A DNA stretch of 45,077 nt from Nemertoderma westbladi. Its lineage: Eukaryota > Animalia > Xenacoelomorpha. Both the position numbers and the translations under genes were made by a program. Below, piece after piece: positions 10,593 to 22,200 of the stretch (position 1 is the stretch's first letter; every line of letters begins with the position of its first letter). The notes beneath the pieces were generated by a model that worked only from the letters and a program-made list of their open reading frames with translations, did no database searches and was not told the origin of the DNA. Location of the stretch: contig JAUCBJ010004828.1 in NCBI GenBank assembly GCA_032718475.1, positions 1 through 45,077 on the forward strand. The letters are read 5' to 3'.

Positions 10593-11569
10593 GTCAATTA
10601 TTTTAGAATAATTGAATTTCTGAATATTTTAGGGTTACTTGGTTACTTTAACTTACTTTATTACCGTTATTTAAGCAGCAGTCCAACTGATATTGAGACC
10701 TAGTTGTTGTATGGCAGGCCTACTATTTATAAATCGTTTGAGTTGATTTATAATCTTTATATACCCGTTTAAAAGGGTTTTGTCAATATTTGAAATAAAT
10801 GTTATTATTTCTGGGGTTCACTACACAGAAGCTGTGCGCTCTCAGTGAAGTGCTATTTATTGGACACTAAAACTGATAATTCTAATTTACCTAAGTTACT
10901 TAATACTACAAATTACTTACGATATGGGTGAGATTAAATCTCTTATTAAACACAACAAAAATATTACGTACGAGATTTTTAGGGTAATTTTACAGGAAGT
11001 CTACAAACCAGCCTAACAAAGGGTTAGATTTCTGGTTATTACAACTGACAGAATACTACGGTATTTAAATAATAAGTAGTAGTAAATATATTGCACTGTC
11101 CAGATAAGAAAATACCACCGCCTGACGACCTATAGCCGTATCTCTATAGGTACTACGTTATGTATCACGGAGTGTTCCTACCTGGAAGTTAATAGAGCTA
11201 ACGAATGTGCCTATCAACCACTTTACAACACAAATATACTGCCTACACACTAATTACTTCAGAAAGCACTGTACACTAAACCCTAAATTAGGTACAAGTA
11301 CTGGTATAACAAATAATCAGCAGTTAAATATACTTGAACAGTTAAAAGAACCACGGCATCTGCTGGAGTGACCGAAGCACAAAGTCACCAGTCTTTTCCT
11401 ACGCCAAGCAGCCCGTGTAGTACCGGGGTTAATTTAACTATAACGGTATGTGTAACAAACACAATTACTGTAGGAATAAACTTGGGGACATGAATGTTGC
11501 GAATAATCGCATAAACTCTGAATAATAAATATTACGCTACCCGTACAGAATACTCAAACAAATACAAAC

Positions 11570-12110
11570 CAAAACGCTGGCAGACTACCACCAAGCCTAA
11601 ATAAACTACCGTACGTGTAGATTCTGAAATATTTAGTTAGTATGCGTTCTAACACGGTAGTACGACTTATTCTTTAAGAGGGGATTGACCTTACCGCTAT
11701 GGCTGCCCCAACTTACTAACGGAGCTTTATCAGACAAACTCTACACACGCAGCAATCTCTTCAGACCTAATAATAGCTAGACAACAATCCAGCCTACAAA
11801 ATATCTGAGTAATAACTATTACGGTACCTGAACAGACCACACAAACAAACACAGGCCAAAACGCTGGCAGACTACGATCAAGCCTAAATAAACTACAGTA
11901 TATGCAGATTCTGAAATAGTTAGTTAGTATGCGTTCTAACACGGTAGTACGACTTATTCTTTAAGAGGGGATTGACCTTGCAGCATATGGCTGCCCCAAC
12001 TTACTAACGGCACTTTATCAGACAAACTCTACACACGCCGTAATCTCTCCAAACCCAACAACAATCCGACAACAGTCTGGCCTACAATTATCTGAACAAT
12101 CTGAGCAGAC
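11570..12110. repeat. About 289-bp tandem duplication in the element A leader
   Basis: AAAACGCTGGCAGACTAC at about 11572 and 11859; CAGACAAACTCTACACACGC at 11731 and 12020. Confidence 0.85.
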
Positions 12111-12261
12111 TTACACGTCTTCAGCTCAATATTAACTTACTAGGAAATAAAACTGACAGAAATAAGTAAACTATACAAAAGAATGAGGGGTGATCAATCC
12201 CTATTCCTCTGGTAGCCTACAATATACTATAGATCACAATCGAAATAATACTAATGTACTT

Positions 12262-12417
12262 GTACTGGAAGTACCGGTTAGGACAGTTGGGCCTACAGAC
12301 CTACAGAAGTACCGGTTCTGGTAGTTGGACCTACGGACCTACAGCAGTACCGGTTCTGGCAGTTGGGCCTACTGACCTACAGAAGTACCGGTTCAGGTTT
12401 ACCGGTCGACCGGTACT
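12262..12417. repeat. About 38-bp minisatellite with a GTACCGGT core next to the PBS position of element A
   Basis: 3-4 copies of AGTACCGGTTCTGG(C/T)AGTTGG(G/A)CCTACnGACCTACAG. Confidence 0.8.
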
Positions 12418-12448
12418 TTCAACTTTATTGCTTACTGCAATAAAGTCA

Positions 12449-12459
12449 ATGACTGTTAT
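12449..12459 (-). promoter_or_regulatory. Non-tRNA primer-binding site of element A (ATAACAGTCAT on -), complementary to its own LTR
   Basis: Abuts the 5' LTR with no TGG. It is the exact 11-nt reverse complement of minus-strand 13237-13227 (ATGACTGTTAT). Confidence 0.7.
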
Positions 12460-13716
12460 TGTACGCGCTTTTGGAAGACCTTTAGCAGTTTAACCTGCCA
12501 AAATTTATATGTCTTTTGGTTTATAAATCGACTCTAGAAGATGACAATATTTAATACCAATAAACACAACATTAGCAGAAGCCAGCCCAGTGCGCGTCCA
12601 TTCACCCGCTGGATAATCCCGGGAGACTGGATTCTGTCGGCTTAGATTATTATTGCAGTGAAGCTTACGGTATTGTATTATTCGATTGATCGTTAATAAT
12701 TAATTTCTGACTAATATTATTCACTTTCAGGAAATATTAACAGTTCCTTTTAGGACGTGGCGCTCTATCTAAGTAAACAGAGATATGACTTATACTAATC
12801 ACAACGGTAAGTCGGTAAGGCTTATGATTCACGTATGAGGCGCATTCTTTAGGAAATGCTTAGTTATCAGCCACAATCATGCACACTACCGGTAACGCAC
12901 AATACTGCTCACTAATTTGCCGACCGTCAATGAATTTTATCATATATAAAGAGAATAGCAACGGACTCATGTAGGGCTTATCAAATAGCATTAAATTCAA
13001 TACACACCACAATAATACAAGTCGCAATCGCTATATATATAACCCGCCTCTCTAACCTGTAGTGTATCAAGAAAATTGGGAAATTTGGGTTCTTTATAAA
13101 TGTTCTCCAAATAATATTCAATCCACTGATATAAGATATGACAACAGTAAAACATTAAGACGGTAGGTTAAGATATGATATGCACTGATATGGACCGATA
13201 TGTGAGTTGTTATGAACCGTGAATTGATAACAGTCATACGCTCTATAATCTTAAGCCTACTAATGTTTCTTTCTAGAGCCGTTGTTTCTGGCCTAGACAG
13301 CAATAACAACAAAGTATCAGTAAAAAACTGTAAGACTGAACAATCCCAGTATGATCGGCTCAAAGCTCCACATCAACAGAGAGAATCGCTCTGATTGGCT
13401 GAAGCCAAACAAAGAACCATGCGTCCAATGGCTGTTTCCATTTAAGCAACCAGCTGCTAGATGTCGTAATCTGAATCATCACGGCTAAGCTGTGTAAAAG
13501 TATTTGCCGTATTGCGGGTTTTTTGCCTTACCATGTCCGCTAAAACACGTATATAGCAGAATGACTTTTATGTCCGTTAAAACACCTGTAACGGTACCTT
13601 GCGGGCGAGGGGAATATATATACAGTTAGAGAACCTTTTTTAGAGTATTCCAGCGCCTGGGGGGAAACTGGATTGCGAAGCAAAGGGGCCAGTTATATCC
13701 CACAGAAGCTTTTACA
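12460..13716 (-). repeat. 5' LTR of element A
   Basis: 1257-bp copy with TG..CA ends, CCAAT boxes near 13395 and 13428, and TSD GTGAG following. Confidence 0.95.
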
Positions 13717-14450
13717 GTGAGTGAACACATAGATGGTGTGTTCTCTCTCATCAGCTGGCTGGCGTCAACCGACCCTCTTCCCAGGGCCAAACTTCAAGGA
13801 GCAGCATTCCGCCTCCTGGAGGGGGGCTTCCAGTTGCCCCGATTGCCACAGACTGATTCTGCGGGTGAGGAGGCGGTGGATGTCAGCACCTTTAATTACC
13901 TTTGGGTCACGGTGGTGGAGAAGTGAGTCCGCAAGCAGGATTCTCTCTGACCGGGCATTGGCTGCATTGTGTTGTAGTCCAGATATGAAGGTTGTCGTTT
14001 CCGAAGCCAGCAGCGCAACAACATCACGCCCAACAGCGCCACCCGGTAAACGGTATTTAGAACCATTCAACTGTGTAGCTCATCTCCAATGGTGTAGAAG
14101 GATGTCTGGGGTGGCCCCTTTACCGACCAAACTGGCCCCATAGGCTCTTGTCATTAAATCCCTTCTCTGCATCTGTTGGCATAGGTACCAATGTCTCACT
14201 TAGTGAGTTGAATGAAGTTTGGCTCTCTGGGAGCCCGGGATCCGTGATATTCAATGTGTCATTTGGGGAGGAAAAGTGTATTGGGACTCGGGCTTATTGT
14301 AAATTAGTTCTTGCATCCTCCTGCAAGGAACTGTGCGCAGCTAATACAGGGACGCCGCGCTTTATTACACCCGCATCGTCCTGATGTGCAGCAACTATAG
14401 CGAGTAATGCCAGATTGGCAGCACCACTGCGATCCCTGCTGCATTCCTCT
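13717..14450 (-). pseudogene. Decayed CRE-like non-LTR retrotransposon ORF (part upstream of the element A insertion)
   Basis: Reads YRLPGGAVGRDVVALL..RRISLWQSGQLEAPLQEA, and joins in frame to 1590 when element A and one TSD copy are removed. Confidence 0.65.
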
Positions 14451-14469
14451 TTAAATTCCAATCAAACAT

Positions 14470-15010
14470 CAGTAACAGGCAATTAATACAATATAATACA
14501 TAATAAGAAAGCTAGGGGTGTGTGTAAGTTAATCTGTTTCATTGGGGAGGGGGGGGGGGGGGTGTATGTAAGTCTGTTCCATCGGGTGGGGGAGGGGGGT
14601 GTGGTGGGGTATTAGGGACCATGGACCAACTCGTAGAGTCCCTCGTTGTTAGGGGTCCATGGTCCCCATAATGGAGGCCGCATTGCCGACCAGGATGGCG
14701 ATTGCCAGCCTTTGCAGCAGGAGGAAGTGGTGAGATCGGAGCTCCTGGGTAACAGAGTGGAGTCTTGCCCCAATCTCCTTCAGGAACTCGGATGTTTCTG
14801 GGCCGGGGCGGCCAATGGTCGTGGAGGCTACCGGGTGGAAGAGGTAGCCCTAGTCCATGAGTTCTTGGTACTTGCGCATCTTTAGAGTTTCCGCTTCCTC
14901 TGCAGTGCGGCCTCCGGCGGATAGCGTCTGGGCGAGGTGGCTGGGCGCCAGTGAGTCCGCCACCGTCGCGTCCCACGTGAGGAACCTCCCGCAGCTCCAC
15001 GGGACCAGTA
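14470..15010 (-). mobile_element. 5'-truncated CRE-like LINE 3' fragment (restriction-like endonuclease domain + 3' UTR)
   Basis: The minus frame reads LVPWSCGRFLTWDATVADSLAPSHL..AEEAETLKMRKYQEL..F.P.A..T.G..GP....FLKEIG..LQRLAIAI..GNAASIMGTM, with an internal stop, followed by a C-rich UTR. Confidence 0.7.
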
Positions 15011-15295
15011 ATTTAATACAGTACTTGGGAAAAATGTAGAACCTTTTGCCACTATTCTTGTGGTAATTTATTTACCAAGCGCCAGCGAGTTTAATATACA
15101 CACTAGAGTCAAGAGAATATTGAACAAATTTGCTACTGTACTGTATGTTTCCTTCCCATGTAATACGTAATTTTATTCTTATATTGGATCTTTTTGTGGC
15201 TAAATTCTTTAATAAAATATATAACGAAATAATGAAACAAAAGTGAAAATAGTGATCTTCAGCAAATCATATTATGTATTGTATTATTGAGAGAC

Positions 15296-15528
15296 AGGGG
15301 GGGGGGAAACTGGACGCAAATCCCATATTGGCGAATTAATATCCCGCTTCAATGTTAAATTCTCAATTTAGGGAAAGGAGCAGGTTACAGTGGCACGTTA
15401 TTTTAACCAAAAAATATACTAAACACAGCAGAATAGGTTGTAGTATTATTTTTGAGAGTATTCAGCTGTTATTTGCGTACAATTTCCCCTGGAGAGGGAT
15501 TAATTTTTATTGCGTCCTGTTTCCCCCT
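15296..15528. mobile_element. Probable MITE
   Basis: Terminal inverted match GGGGAAACTGGACGCAA / TTGCGTCCTGTTTCCCC (1 mismatch) with weaker inward extension; no coding capacity. Confidence 0.5.
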
Positions 15529-16612
15529 TTGAATATTGAACAGCAGTAGGCCTATTTTATTATGTCTGTATGTGTTGTCTTGTTTCTCCTGGTGTTGCAA
15601 ATAATTTCATGTTCTGGAATAATATTTATGATGAAACTAGAGAGCAGCTCAATTACATACAGTATACCAATATTGTATATTTGGCCTATTGTACAGTATG
15701 TTTGGCCATGTACGGCCTGCAGACACTAAAGTTGTAATAACTATTTGAGCGTGTGCATGCATGATGAGTTTTGCTCAAATAGGCCTATTACATGCTCACC
15801 TTTTCTACTTCGATGCTCTTTCAACACAGTATACATTGTACATTGTACAGTCAATATAACACCTCCCCCTCTGAAACTAACGCCACTAACTAAAAGACTA
15901 ACTGAAACTAACTACTGTAAAAGGAATTCATATAAAATAAGCTAGAAATTTGAAACTTTTTTTAGCGGCGGGGTGCCAAATATGGTGCCAGCCCCAAATT
16001 TTGAAATGTCAATTTTGTAAATTTATTGTTTGAAGCTGTTTTTTCGGCAATAGGGGTTTTAGGCGTTCTGGTCTCGTTGGAATATATACGAATTGCACCA
16101 GGCATATCAACGTTGTATTTTTCGAAAATTTGGTGCCAGCAAGAAATTTTGAAAATTCATTCAATAGTTCAATTGATTGCGACAACTCATATCTTACATT
16201 TTCGAGGTTTATTGGGGCTCTGAATTCAATGGAATAAATATTTATATAATAACTAGACATATCAAACTTGTATTTTTTCGGAAGTATGGGTGCAAAATTT
16301 GGTGCTACTGTAGCACAAAGTTTTGAAACCCATCAACAATATCAATTGATTGTGTCACCTTGTTTCTTGCGTTACACGGATTTGTGAGGGTTGTGAATTC
16401 AATGGAATATGTAAAAATTGCATAAGAATACTTTTCGAGAAAAATCAATTAGAAATCTTTAATCGCTAATTTCTAATTAATTAATAAACAGATTTTTGCC
16501 AAATATTTATCTGCTGTGGGCGCTCGGATCATCTACAAGATCGTTCAAACAGAAGTGTTTGAGCTTTTGCCGTTCTCCTGGAAAAATCCTTTAAATATCG
16601 ACCTAAAAAAGA

Positions 16613-17299
16613 TGTAAGCGGATTCAATTCCATTACATTATCCACCTTAGAATGGGACCAGTGGCATTTTATCAATATATAGTTGGGGATACGAGATTAC
16701 CAATAATAATCTCGCCTCATAACCAACTTTGGGGGAGGGGGGGCGACACAAGCCCTAAAGCCACAGAGAGAGGTGAGAGGTCAAAGCACCTCTGAGTGAG
16801 AACACAGCTAGTAGAGGCTAGCAGCGGGGGGGAACACTCACAGGGAGTGCCAAAGTGACAATTAGTATATTAGCCAATAGCAGGGAGGGAAGCACGTGAT
16901 CAGAGATAGGAAAGCATCCACTGGGTACAGAAATGCCAAGTACAGTAAGACGTGAAACCAATATCTGTGTGTGTGTATCCATCATATATTATTCTGTATT
17001 ACTGATTTACCGGTCAGTTCACTAATCACAGAGTTGCAGACTGGTCATAGTTTATGACCGTCACTGCTACCAACATAACCGATTAATATCTGTGTTGTAT
17101 TTTCTGCTGTTATTTTGTATCGTGATATTCATTACATACATAGTTCTGTGCTATTATCATTTCGGAAGATTAATATTGAGAAGCACAAACTCTCTTATTT
17201 CCCTGACGGCCTTCGGCCAAAACGACCATAGTACAGCAGCTCCAGCGAAACGGTGACGCGTACATATCTAACCCGGTTGGGATCTATGATCCCATCACA
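16613..17299 (+). repeat. 5' LTR of element B (687 bp)
   Basis: TGTAAGCG...TCACA, with CCAAT boxes, a TATA-like TATATTAT at 16985 and an initiator-like TCAGTT at 17014-17019 (31-nt spacing). Confidence 0.93.
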
Positions 17300-17309
17300 G
17301 TCATAAACT
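17300..17309 (+). promoter_or_regulatory. Non-tRNA primer-binding site of element B (GTCATAAACT), complementary to its own LTR
   Basis: Abuts the 5' LTR with no TGG. It is the exact reverse complement of AGTTTATGAC at 17049-17058. Confidence 0.7.
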
Positions 17310-18762
17310 GACCAACTAAAGCAAACTGTGACCGCAACAAGACACAGCAAGATGAGCCAACTGGAGCCCCGATTATCAGAGGGAGAGAGAACGCCGCCGC
17401 AGACCCCGGACGACACCAACCAAACGATCTGAGAGGCCGCAACGAGATGGTATTGACCTGCCACGCCGGATTCGCCAACGAGGGATGACGACGACGGCAG
17501 TTGGAGTACCGAAGTCGCCGGCCAGCCACAGGCCGAGGGTGACAGACGGCCCACCGGAACGGCGAAGGTGGGGCCGCCGGTACGACGCCGGACGAGGAGA
17601 GAAGGTAGAGTCGACGAAGAGGATGTCGGGACGAGTGATCGGCTACGATGGGCCTACAACGCCACCAAGAAACTACTCAAAGAGGCCAAGGAGGAGAGAA
17701 AGGTAGACCAGCCTAAACTATACCAGAGGCTAGGTGAGTCGAATAAACATTTTCGTTATTTAGTCCGTTTTGGACAGGGAGAACTGGCGAGTGAGAGAGC
17801 GAGGGGGGTCGCCATGGAACTGTTTGAATTGTGGCGGTCCGGGGTAATGGAGCCAGACGAAGTGTACATAGGGCCTTACTTAGTGGATGCAAGGGGAATT
17901 AAGTTAGTGGGATGGGCAGACCCGCACGACGGCGAACCCAAGGTTAACCCCGAGGATTCGGTGTCGTTGGTTAGCGAGAACCCCAGAAAGCGAGGGAAAG
18001 TTAGTAGGACAGAGAGGAGACGGGAGTCTGTCGTGACCGATGAGTCCGCTACATCCTCCGCAAAAGCAAGAAGGGTGTTAGAGATAGATCTGGCGTATCA
18101 ACTAGACATTGTGGCGCTGGATCAGAAGGAGTTGGAGAGGCAACTAGATGAGGGAACTGCATTATTAGAGAGAGAGAGAGAGAAAGAGTTAGCGAGGGAA
18201 TGTAGAGAGAGAGCCGAGAGGATGGCGAGAAACTGCAGGGAGTGGGAGGAGAGAGAGATAAATGAGCGCGAGGAGCGGGCGGCGAGAGTAGAGAAAGAGC
18301 GCAAAGAGCAAGAAGCGAAAGAGACAGCGAGGGTAGAGAGGGAAATGAACCGGCGTAGAGAGCGGGAGGCGAGAGAGAGGGAGTTGGCCGTCCAAAGTTT
18401 GAGAGAGGACAGAGAGAGAGAGAGAGCGGGAAAGCGTATGCAGGATGATATGATATGCATACCCAGTTGAGGGGACTTATGCAATTCCAGGCGAAGCAAA
18501 AGCGCCAGTTAGAACTGGCAAAGTTGGGATTATCGGAGAGTGAGGCTGGTTCGGGTAGTGTTTACGAGGAGCCAGAAGTAATGGAAACGTTTGTTAATAC
18601 CCCACTTACAGGTACCAGACGACAGACCCAGGACTGGTGTAACCGTACGGGCGGGGGGGGGGGGGGTAATAATAATACGTTAGAAGGAATTAATATTAAT
18701 AGTACCGTAATAGACAATCCTAATCAAACCTTTGTTGCAGGAAATAGTATTTTACCCGGTAA

Positions 18763-18912
18763 TAATAATTCTAATTTAAATGTGCAAAATAATCCAAATA
18801 ATAAATCTAATTTAAATGTGCAAAATAATCCAAATAATAATTATTATTTAAATGTGCAAAATAATCCAAATAATAATTCTAATTTAAATGTGCAAAATAA
18901 TCCAAATAATAA
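18763..18912 (+). repeat. 33-bp coding repeat (NNSNLNVQNNP)n
   Basis: Four copies of TTTAAATGTGCAAAATAATCCAAATAATAA. Confidence 0.85.
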
Positions 18913-19039
18913 CCCTAATTCTGAACAAAATAATTTAAATAATTTAGGTAACAATATTACGTTAAATAATAACCCCGAGGAAATTAATAAGATTATTAAT
19001 AACGGTGCAATTAATACGAACGTAGGGGGACAGGTGGTC

Positions 19040-19266
19040 CGGCCAACGGGAGCCTGCAAGTCCACGCAGTCGCACAGGGAGTAGTGGGGGTGAGTCAACC
19101 CAACAGGAGCCTGCAAGGCCACGCAGTCGCACAGGGAGTAGCGGGGGTGAGTCAACCCAATGGGAGCCTGCAAGGCCACGCAGTCGCACAGGGAGTAGCG
19201 GGGGTGAGTCAACCCAACGGGAGCCTGCAAGGCCACGCAGTCGCACAGGGAGAGGCGGGGGTGAGT
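19040..19266 (+). repeat. 57-bp tandem repeat (4 copies) in element B gag
   Basis: GGGAGCCTGCAAGGCCACGCAGTCGCACAGGGAGTAGCGGGGGTGAGTCAACCCAA units. Confidence 0.9.
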
Positions 19267-22200
19267 AGACCCAGCCAGGATAGAGATAGTGCGTCGAGCA
19301 GAGAGGGGCGTAGAAGCGAAGTAGGAGGTAGCGAAGTATGAGGTGGCAAATGGGGGGGGGGGGGCTATGGGCACCCCACCACGAGAGATTAGTGGTGAGA
19401 GGGGGGGGGCAGAGAATGCCCCGCAAGTGTTGGCGGACAATGCGTGTGGCGAGTTAGGTGAACCGCGGCACCCGACGACAGAGAATAGTAGGGGGATTGC
19501 GAGTATCCCCAGGAGCGTGAGCGGGCAAGCGACAAGACGTCGAGCCCAGTCGGAACACGGAAGAAGAACAGTGGAGAATGGGAGGTCCAAGCGAGATCTC
19601 ACGAAGGGGATCGCTACACTGAAGAGAGAAGAAGTGAAGAGAATAGAAGAAACGTTGCTACGAGCAACCGGAGAGGAAGGACGGACAGTGAACTGTCGGT
19701 AGTAGAGATGGAGTTAGAGAGTCAGTGGGGTCGAACTCCGGGAGACTGCCGTCGCCCGGAGAGACGCAGCCTGGTGAGATATACCACACACTGGGAGAAG
19801 GGTACAGGATGTACCGGTGCGAGGACGAGGACAGGAGAGGGGATCGAAGAGAAACTTCCCGATGGGACATAGCTGCCGATCGAGAGAACGGTAGTCGCGG
19901 GGAGGACTTTATGGAATATTCGAGAAGATTAAACTCCGGACCGGAAGGACACAGGCAGACTGCAGGACATACTGTAGGCCTTACTGCACATCTATAGGCC
20001 ATGCTGGAAGAGATAGTGTAGGCGATAGGGTAGCGCGGACAATGGGATTAGATCCGGAAGTCGCAGCATACATACCGGTAGATAGGCAAGGAGTGAATAG
20101 GCCTATACTGGTACCTGCACACCAGTTTAACTATAATATGCAAGGATATAACATATACCCTGGGGATGGGGGAGCTATTGCCGATAGATGTATGGGCCCT
20201 ATCATGGTAACATCAACCCCAATAACAAATATAACACCGGTGGGGGGGGGGGGGCAGGGTGACATTCCCCCATTACAATATCAGCAATATACTCAACCAA
20301 GAACAAAAACCCCAAACCCCTCGGACCAAAATAAATCGTGTGATACAGAGATATGGAGGGGACCGTTACCCCCAATGATATATCCAACACAAAAGAGGTC
20401 GACAGGCCCAACGGGTGAACGGCACCCAGTAGCAGGGGAATCTGTACAGCATCCATCGAGTGCACTAGAAGTACAAGCGATGGGAATGGCGACACTCATT
20501 GACGCGCTTAAGACCAGGATCGAGCTGCCACCAGTGGAGCCATTCAAATTCGATGGAAGCAAACCGGAGGAATATCTGCAATTCCGAAGTATGTACAGTA
20601 ACGAAATAGTAATAAAGAACCTGACGCAGGCGGAGTGCCTAAAATACACGGGGGGGGGGGGGGGGTTAGCATACAACATCGTAAGGCAGTACCAAGGTAT
20701 CGAAGGTGGATTCACGACTGCATGGCGGGCCCTAGACAGGGAATTCGAACATCCTGCTAAGATCATCTGACAAACCTTAAGGGGAATTACATCAGGTGGA
20801 CTACAGGACAACCCTGTCAGCATCAAGACCTTCGCGAATAAACTCGAAAAGGCGCTGATTGTGCTGAAGACCTTAGATGCGCCTTATGAACTCAACGCAT
20901 CGAATAACATCACCACAATAGCGCAGGCACTACCGATCTGGCTAAGAAACAAGTGGAGAAAGATCGCCTTCTCCACCCGGGAAAAGAAAGGTGCGGAACC
21001 AGGCCTAGAGGAAATGTAGAACTTCCTCAATTATGAGGCGGAATTAATCACAGACCCAGTCTACAGCGAGGATAGTCTATGGAGGGCGCCGAGAACTGAA
21101 TACAACAGGCCTAAACCCAAACATAATCCGGCGGATGCATTCCAGAGAGTGAGACAGTCGCTACTGCATGCGGCCATGCTGGGGACTTGTAGTCCATAAG
21201 CAGCTGGAAGTAGGGCCACACCGTGGCAGGGACAGAAACAAAACAACAACACGAACAAATATAATCCCAACACCCCCAGTAGGCCGAGTCCAAATAACCA
21301 AAACACTAAACCGGTAGATATGAATCTACGCGCTATACGTGAAGGGCTATACAAGGAATGCTACAATCCAGGATACGAGTGTCAATTGCATAGGGATGGA
21401 ACCCATAAGACCATGAGTTGTAAGCATTGGCAAGTGTTGCCTAAACAAGATTGGGTAGCATACGCGGATACAAACGAACTATGTCATCGATGCGTGGTAG
21501 AAGGACACAGATTCGGAGAGTGTAGAGAAACACCGATAGAATACGACGAGACTGATGAGACTGGAGGCCAAACTATGGCTACGAGCACGACGGGAGCAAG
21601 GAAAAAGAGGACAGTACTACTCAGGGTAGTACCAGTGAGAATAACAGGAAAGGATGGGCTATCGGCCACAACACTAATGTTGGTTGATAGTGGAGCAGCA
21701 TTCACGTTAATGGAGAGTTGGGTGGCCGAAAGGATAGGGTTACAGACGAGGCCTAGCAAGATGGCGGTAACCGCATCTCCAATAAGGACGAGGTCATGAG
21801 AATGAGAACGGGGCGTTGCGAGATATCAGCGATAACACCAGGGTGCGGCTATGGGGCTACCATCGAACCCATCCATATTATATATGAAATGGAATATAAA
21901 ATGGAACCCATCCATATCAACGCCAGGCGACCGACGAAGATCGAGGTAGAGCAATATCGCTACCTGGACAACATCGATTTCTCCGTGCCCGAGTTGGACG
22001 TCCCGAAAGTATCTCTCATAGTCGGCATGGACTGCCCGACAGCCCACGAGAGACTTCAGACCATATTCGGCAATGACAGGGAGCGAGACCCGATGGCCAT
22101 TCTCATGCCATTTGGATGGACTGGCCCAATTAAGATGAGGACACCCTTTGGTATGTCCGAGACATCAGGGTGCATGCTGTCAGGCACTGTTGAGGACGTA

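Larger units (their letters stand above)
1591..13716 (-). mobile_element. Element A: non-autonomous BEL/Pao-type LTR retrotransposon (12.1 kb)
   Basis: Two 1257-bp direct repeats with TG..CA ends, a 5-bp TSD GTGAG (1586-1590 and 13717-13721), a BEL-type gag-protease ORF on the minus strand, and a short PPT before the 3' LTR. Confidence 0.93.

Noticed and set aside
11121-11156. Hammerhead-like CTGACGA followed by a CCTATAG/CTATAGG stem
   Set aside because: The required GAAA after stem II is missing (TACT instead), and no stems I or III were found.
11340-11353. TGGTTCTTTTAAC on the minus strand as a tRNA-type PBS for element A
   Set aside because: It is about 1.1 kb from the LTR; a PBS must be adjacent to U5.
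15850-16612. Possible non-autonomous DNA element hosting element B (internal TGAATTCAATGGAATA duplication)
   Set aside because: I could not define termini or a TSD.
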